A stretch of 64,000 nt of DNA, from assembly GCF_000315625.1 (NCBI RefSeq), contig NW_005434563.1, positions 167,664-231,663 of the forward strand, read 5' to 3'. The notes beneath the pieces are model-generated. The model was not told where the DNA came from. It saw only the letters and a program-made list of their open reading frames with translations, and searched no databases. This document shows, piece by piece, positions 61,805 through 64,000 of the stretch. Source of the stretch: Guillardia theta CCMP2712. Taxonomy: Eukaryota; Protista; Cryptophyta. Numbering within the stretch: position 1 is the stretch's first letter; every line of letters starts with the position of its first letter. The translations under genes and the position numbers were made by a program.

Positions 61805-62181
61805 CGTTGAGAGATGACTTTTGTTTCTGGGCGTCCACAGCTGAAGATGCGGTCGAGGACTAAAGCTCTGTAACTTGTTTACAGAGAAGGAGACAGAGGG
61901 TACGAAGGATGTAAGAGGAGGACGATGGACTGAAAGAATGATTTCGAAGAAGAAAGAGCGCCAAGCGCTCGTCTCAGTACAAAGTCTTCAAGCTTACTGC
62001 TCTTTGTCCTCGTGCTTCTGCAGCGTTCCCCCAGCTTCCGCTCCTTGTGTGCTATGCCACCGTTTAGTTATCTGGCCAAGGTTCTAACCTAAACCGGGTC
62101 ACCTGGGTTGAGGGATCATCGGATTGTGTTTCAACGGCCCGGTTACTGAGCCAGTAGGGTGTGACTAGTAGGGGTATCCAC

Positions 62182-62230
62182 TTTAGGGTTTAGGGTTTAG
62201 GGTTTAGGGTTTAGGGTTTAGGGTTTAGGG
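62182..62230 (+). repeat. Telomeric repeat (TTTAGGG)7
   Basis: Seven perfect units. Confidence 0.95.
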
Positions 62231-62527
62231 CCGGCCCTTAGTAAGAGCATGCTGCCCTGCGGCGCGTAGGGAGAGCGCAAGGGGACCGGTGGAAGCTGCG
62301 AGCAAGAGGTTTGTATCGTTCAAAAAGCTTTCTAAGCATGGTACTACAGTATGATGAGAGCGTTCGCAACCTGCTGTATCGGAGATCATGCCAATACACG
62401 CAGGGTGAGCGCTCTGGAGGCCACGTCGAGGAGCGGCCGCCGACCTCGTTGAGAAGGTGAAGATCGGAACTTCACCAAGCGTTATCCGAATAGTCGGACA
62501 GCTTATGCTTGCAGAGCTGAGGGGGGA
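62231..62527 (+). mobile_element. Degenerate, 3'-truncated fragment of the telomere-associated element
   Basis: Encodes MVLQYDESVRNLLYRRSCQYTQ...KRYPNSRTA, homologous to the ORF from 62946, with frameshifts. Ends abruptly in telomeric repeats. Confidence 0.7.
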
Positions 62528-62660
62528 TTTAGGTTTAGGGTTTTTAGGGTTTAGGGATTAGGGTTTAGGGTTTAGGGTTTAGGGTTTAGGGTTTAGGGTT
62601 TAGGGTTTAGGGTTTAGGGTTTAGGGTTTAGGGTTTAGGGTTTAGGGTTTAGGGTTTAGG
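62528..62660 (+). repeat. Telomeric repeat tract (~19 TTTAGGG units, first few imperfect)
   Basis: Seen directly. Confidence 0.95.
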
Positions 62661-62751
62661 AAGGCGCCGTTATTTTCGGCAAGGCGCCGTTATTTTCGGC
62701 AAGGCGCCGTTATTTTCGGCAAGGCGCCGTTATTTTCGGCAAGGCGCCGTT
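62661..62751 (+). repeat. 20-bp tandem repeat aaggcgccgttattttcggc x4.5
   Basis: Perfect units lying between two telomeric tracts. Confidence 0.95.
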
Positions 62752-62796
62752 AGGGTTTAGGGTTTAGGGTTTAGGGTTTAGGGTTTAGGGTTTAGG
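62750..62796 (+). repeat. Telomeric repeat tract (~7 units)
   Basis: Seen directly. Confidence 0.95.
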
Positions 62797-62853
62797 AGCG
62801 CCGGTTATTTCAGGCAGCGCCGGTTATTTCAGGCAGCGCCGGTTATTTCAGGC
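62797..62853 (+). repeat. 19-bp tandem repeat agcgccggttatttcaggc x3
   Basis: Three perfect units directly upstream of the element's coding region. Confidence 0.95.
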
Positions 62854-62945
62854 ACCATGGCTGCACGCGTGGTGTAGGGGAAGCTGCCAGGGCGCCAAGG
62901 AAGCTGCAAGCGAGAGGTTTGTATACTTCAAATAGCTTTCTAAGT

Positions 62946-64000
62946 ATGGTTCTTCAGTATGATGAAAATGTTCGCAAACTGCTGTATCGGAGATCATGCC
63001 AATACACGCAGAGCGGACTTGTGGATGCCTCTGTCCTCGAAGCTGATCTCGTCGAGAGGGTGAAGAGCTTCGCGAAGCGTTATCCGAACAGCAGGACAGC
63101 CCAGGCTTGCAAGGCTGTGGAGGGATGCACCCCCGACGCTATCGCAGAAGCCATCCGCTCGACATGTCAGCAGGCACGACGTGAGCTTCTGCAAGAAGCG
63201 ATGACTGGATGGAGTGACGCATCCAGAGAGTGGTTTATGCAGCAGATTGAGGAAGCCAAGACTCGGGAGAAGGTCGAGACATACACCGCCTCAGCAGGCA
63301 ACGAGGTAACTTCCTTCATCTCCATGACTCTCCTGGGCATCTCCTCGGTGTATGTCAACCATGAAGAAAAGCTGAAGAAGAAATTTGAAGAGATCGGACT
63401 GATCGTAGACTCAGTGCAAGAGAGTAAAGCAATCATGTGGAAGGCTCCGTATAGACCCGAGATAGCGAGTGCTGAGGAGATCCCGGTGACTGTTTCCTTC
63501 CTCCGCAATGCACAAGCGGAGAAGCTCTGGCAGGGAAGAGAGGACTTCGCGATCGATGGTCGCAAGTTCACAGCTGTACATGTGAGCATCGTGCACGATC
63601 GATCTTTCAAGATTCGAGCCAAGAGAGGACCCTGGGGCAAAGGGGGCAGCTTGGCAGAGCTGACTCACCTGCTAACCTTGGGCGGCATGACAACGGCTGA
63701 GATAGCTGCCGTCTATCGCTATCAGCTGCTGCGCCAGTCCCTTGCAGCGGTCCAACTCCAGCCGCTGGCAGGCATGCTGGTCGCTGGGGCGCCAGGACAG
63801 CAAGTCCACAAAGGCTTAGGTCAGAAAGGCTTCATCGCTGTAGGGGCCAACGTCATCTGGAGACAGAGGGAGGTGGAGTGGATCGTCTCCTCGAGCTGCC
63901 CAGAGGCGAATGATACAGCATTTCGAGCTTTCCGAGAGAGCGAAGCGATGGAGGGAGTACACCTGACTCTGTTCAGCGAGGACCCGAAGATCAGAGAGGC
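62946..64000 (+). mobile_element. Intronless ORF (>350 codons, 3'-partial), probable ORF1/gag-like protein of a telomere-associated retroelement
   Basis: Open from ATG 62946 to the window end and absent from the ORF track. RRM-like pattern ISMTLLGISS..EEKLKKKFEEIGLIVDSV..VTVSFLRNAQAEKLW..FAIDGRKFTA. No RT domain is visible in the window. Confidence 0.6.

Noticed and set aside
62661-62853. Short repeats as a CRISPR array
   Set aside because: Head-to-tail identical units with no spacers.

Overview
Intron-rich eukaryotic nuclear DNA from a draft assembly (two 100-N gaps). Short 40-65 nt GT-AG introns, a signal peptide followed by an aromatic +1 transit peptide, and TTTAGGG repeats suggest a secondary-plastid alga such as the cryptophyte Guillardia theta; this is an inference. 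Recognisable genes: a frameshifted NACHT-pentapeptide-WD40 (NLR-like) gene, a caspase-family (C14) protease gene with a duplicated 3' half, an SPX-RING protein, an A1 aspartic protease, an Mrs2/CorA Mg2+ channel, an N-acylated LRR + C2 protein, an RCC1-repeat protein, NSE3/MAGE, a plastid-type catalytically degenerate trans-prenyltransferase, a calmodulin-like protein absent from the ORF track, and a saccharopine-dehydrogenase-like oxidoreductase. Three highlights: (1) the aspartic protease appears to be naturally circularly permuted, with the first catalytic motif (DTGSS) spliced in frame AFTER the second lobe (DTGTT) and the canonical C-terminus; (2) the right end holds TTTAGGG tracts alternating with successive 5' pieces of a probable retroelement, ending in an intronless ORF1-like frame that runs off the window; (3) a recurring intergenic module (TACCCC-rich tract, TACTCAAAGTTAA box, CCGG/TGAGTCA-rich GC island). 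Exon boundaries were read by eye, and many gene ends are approximate.
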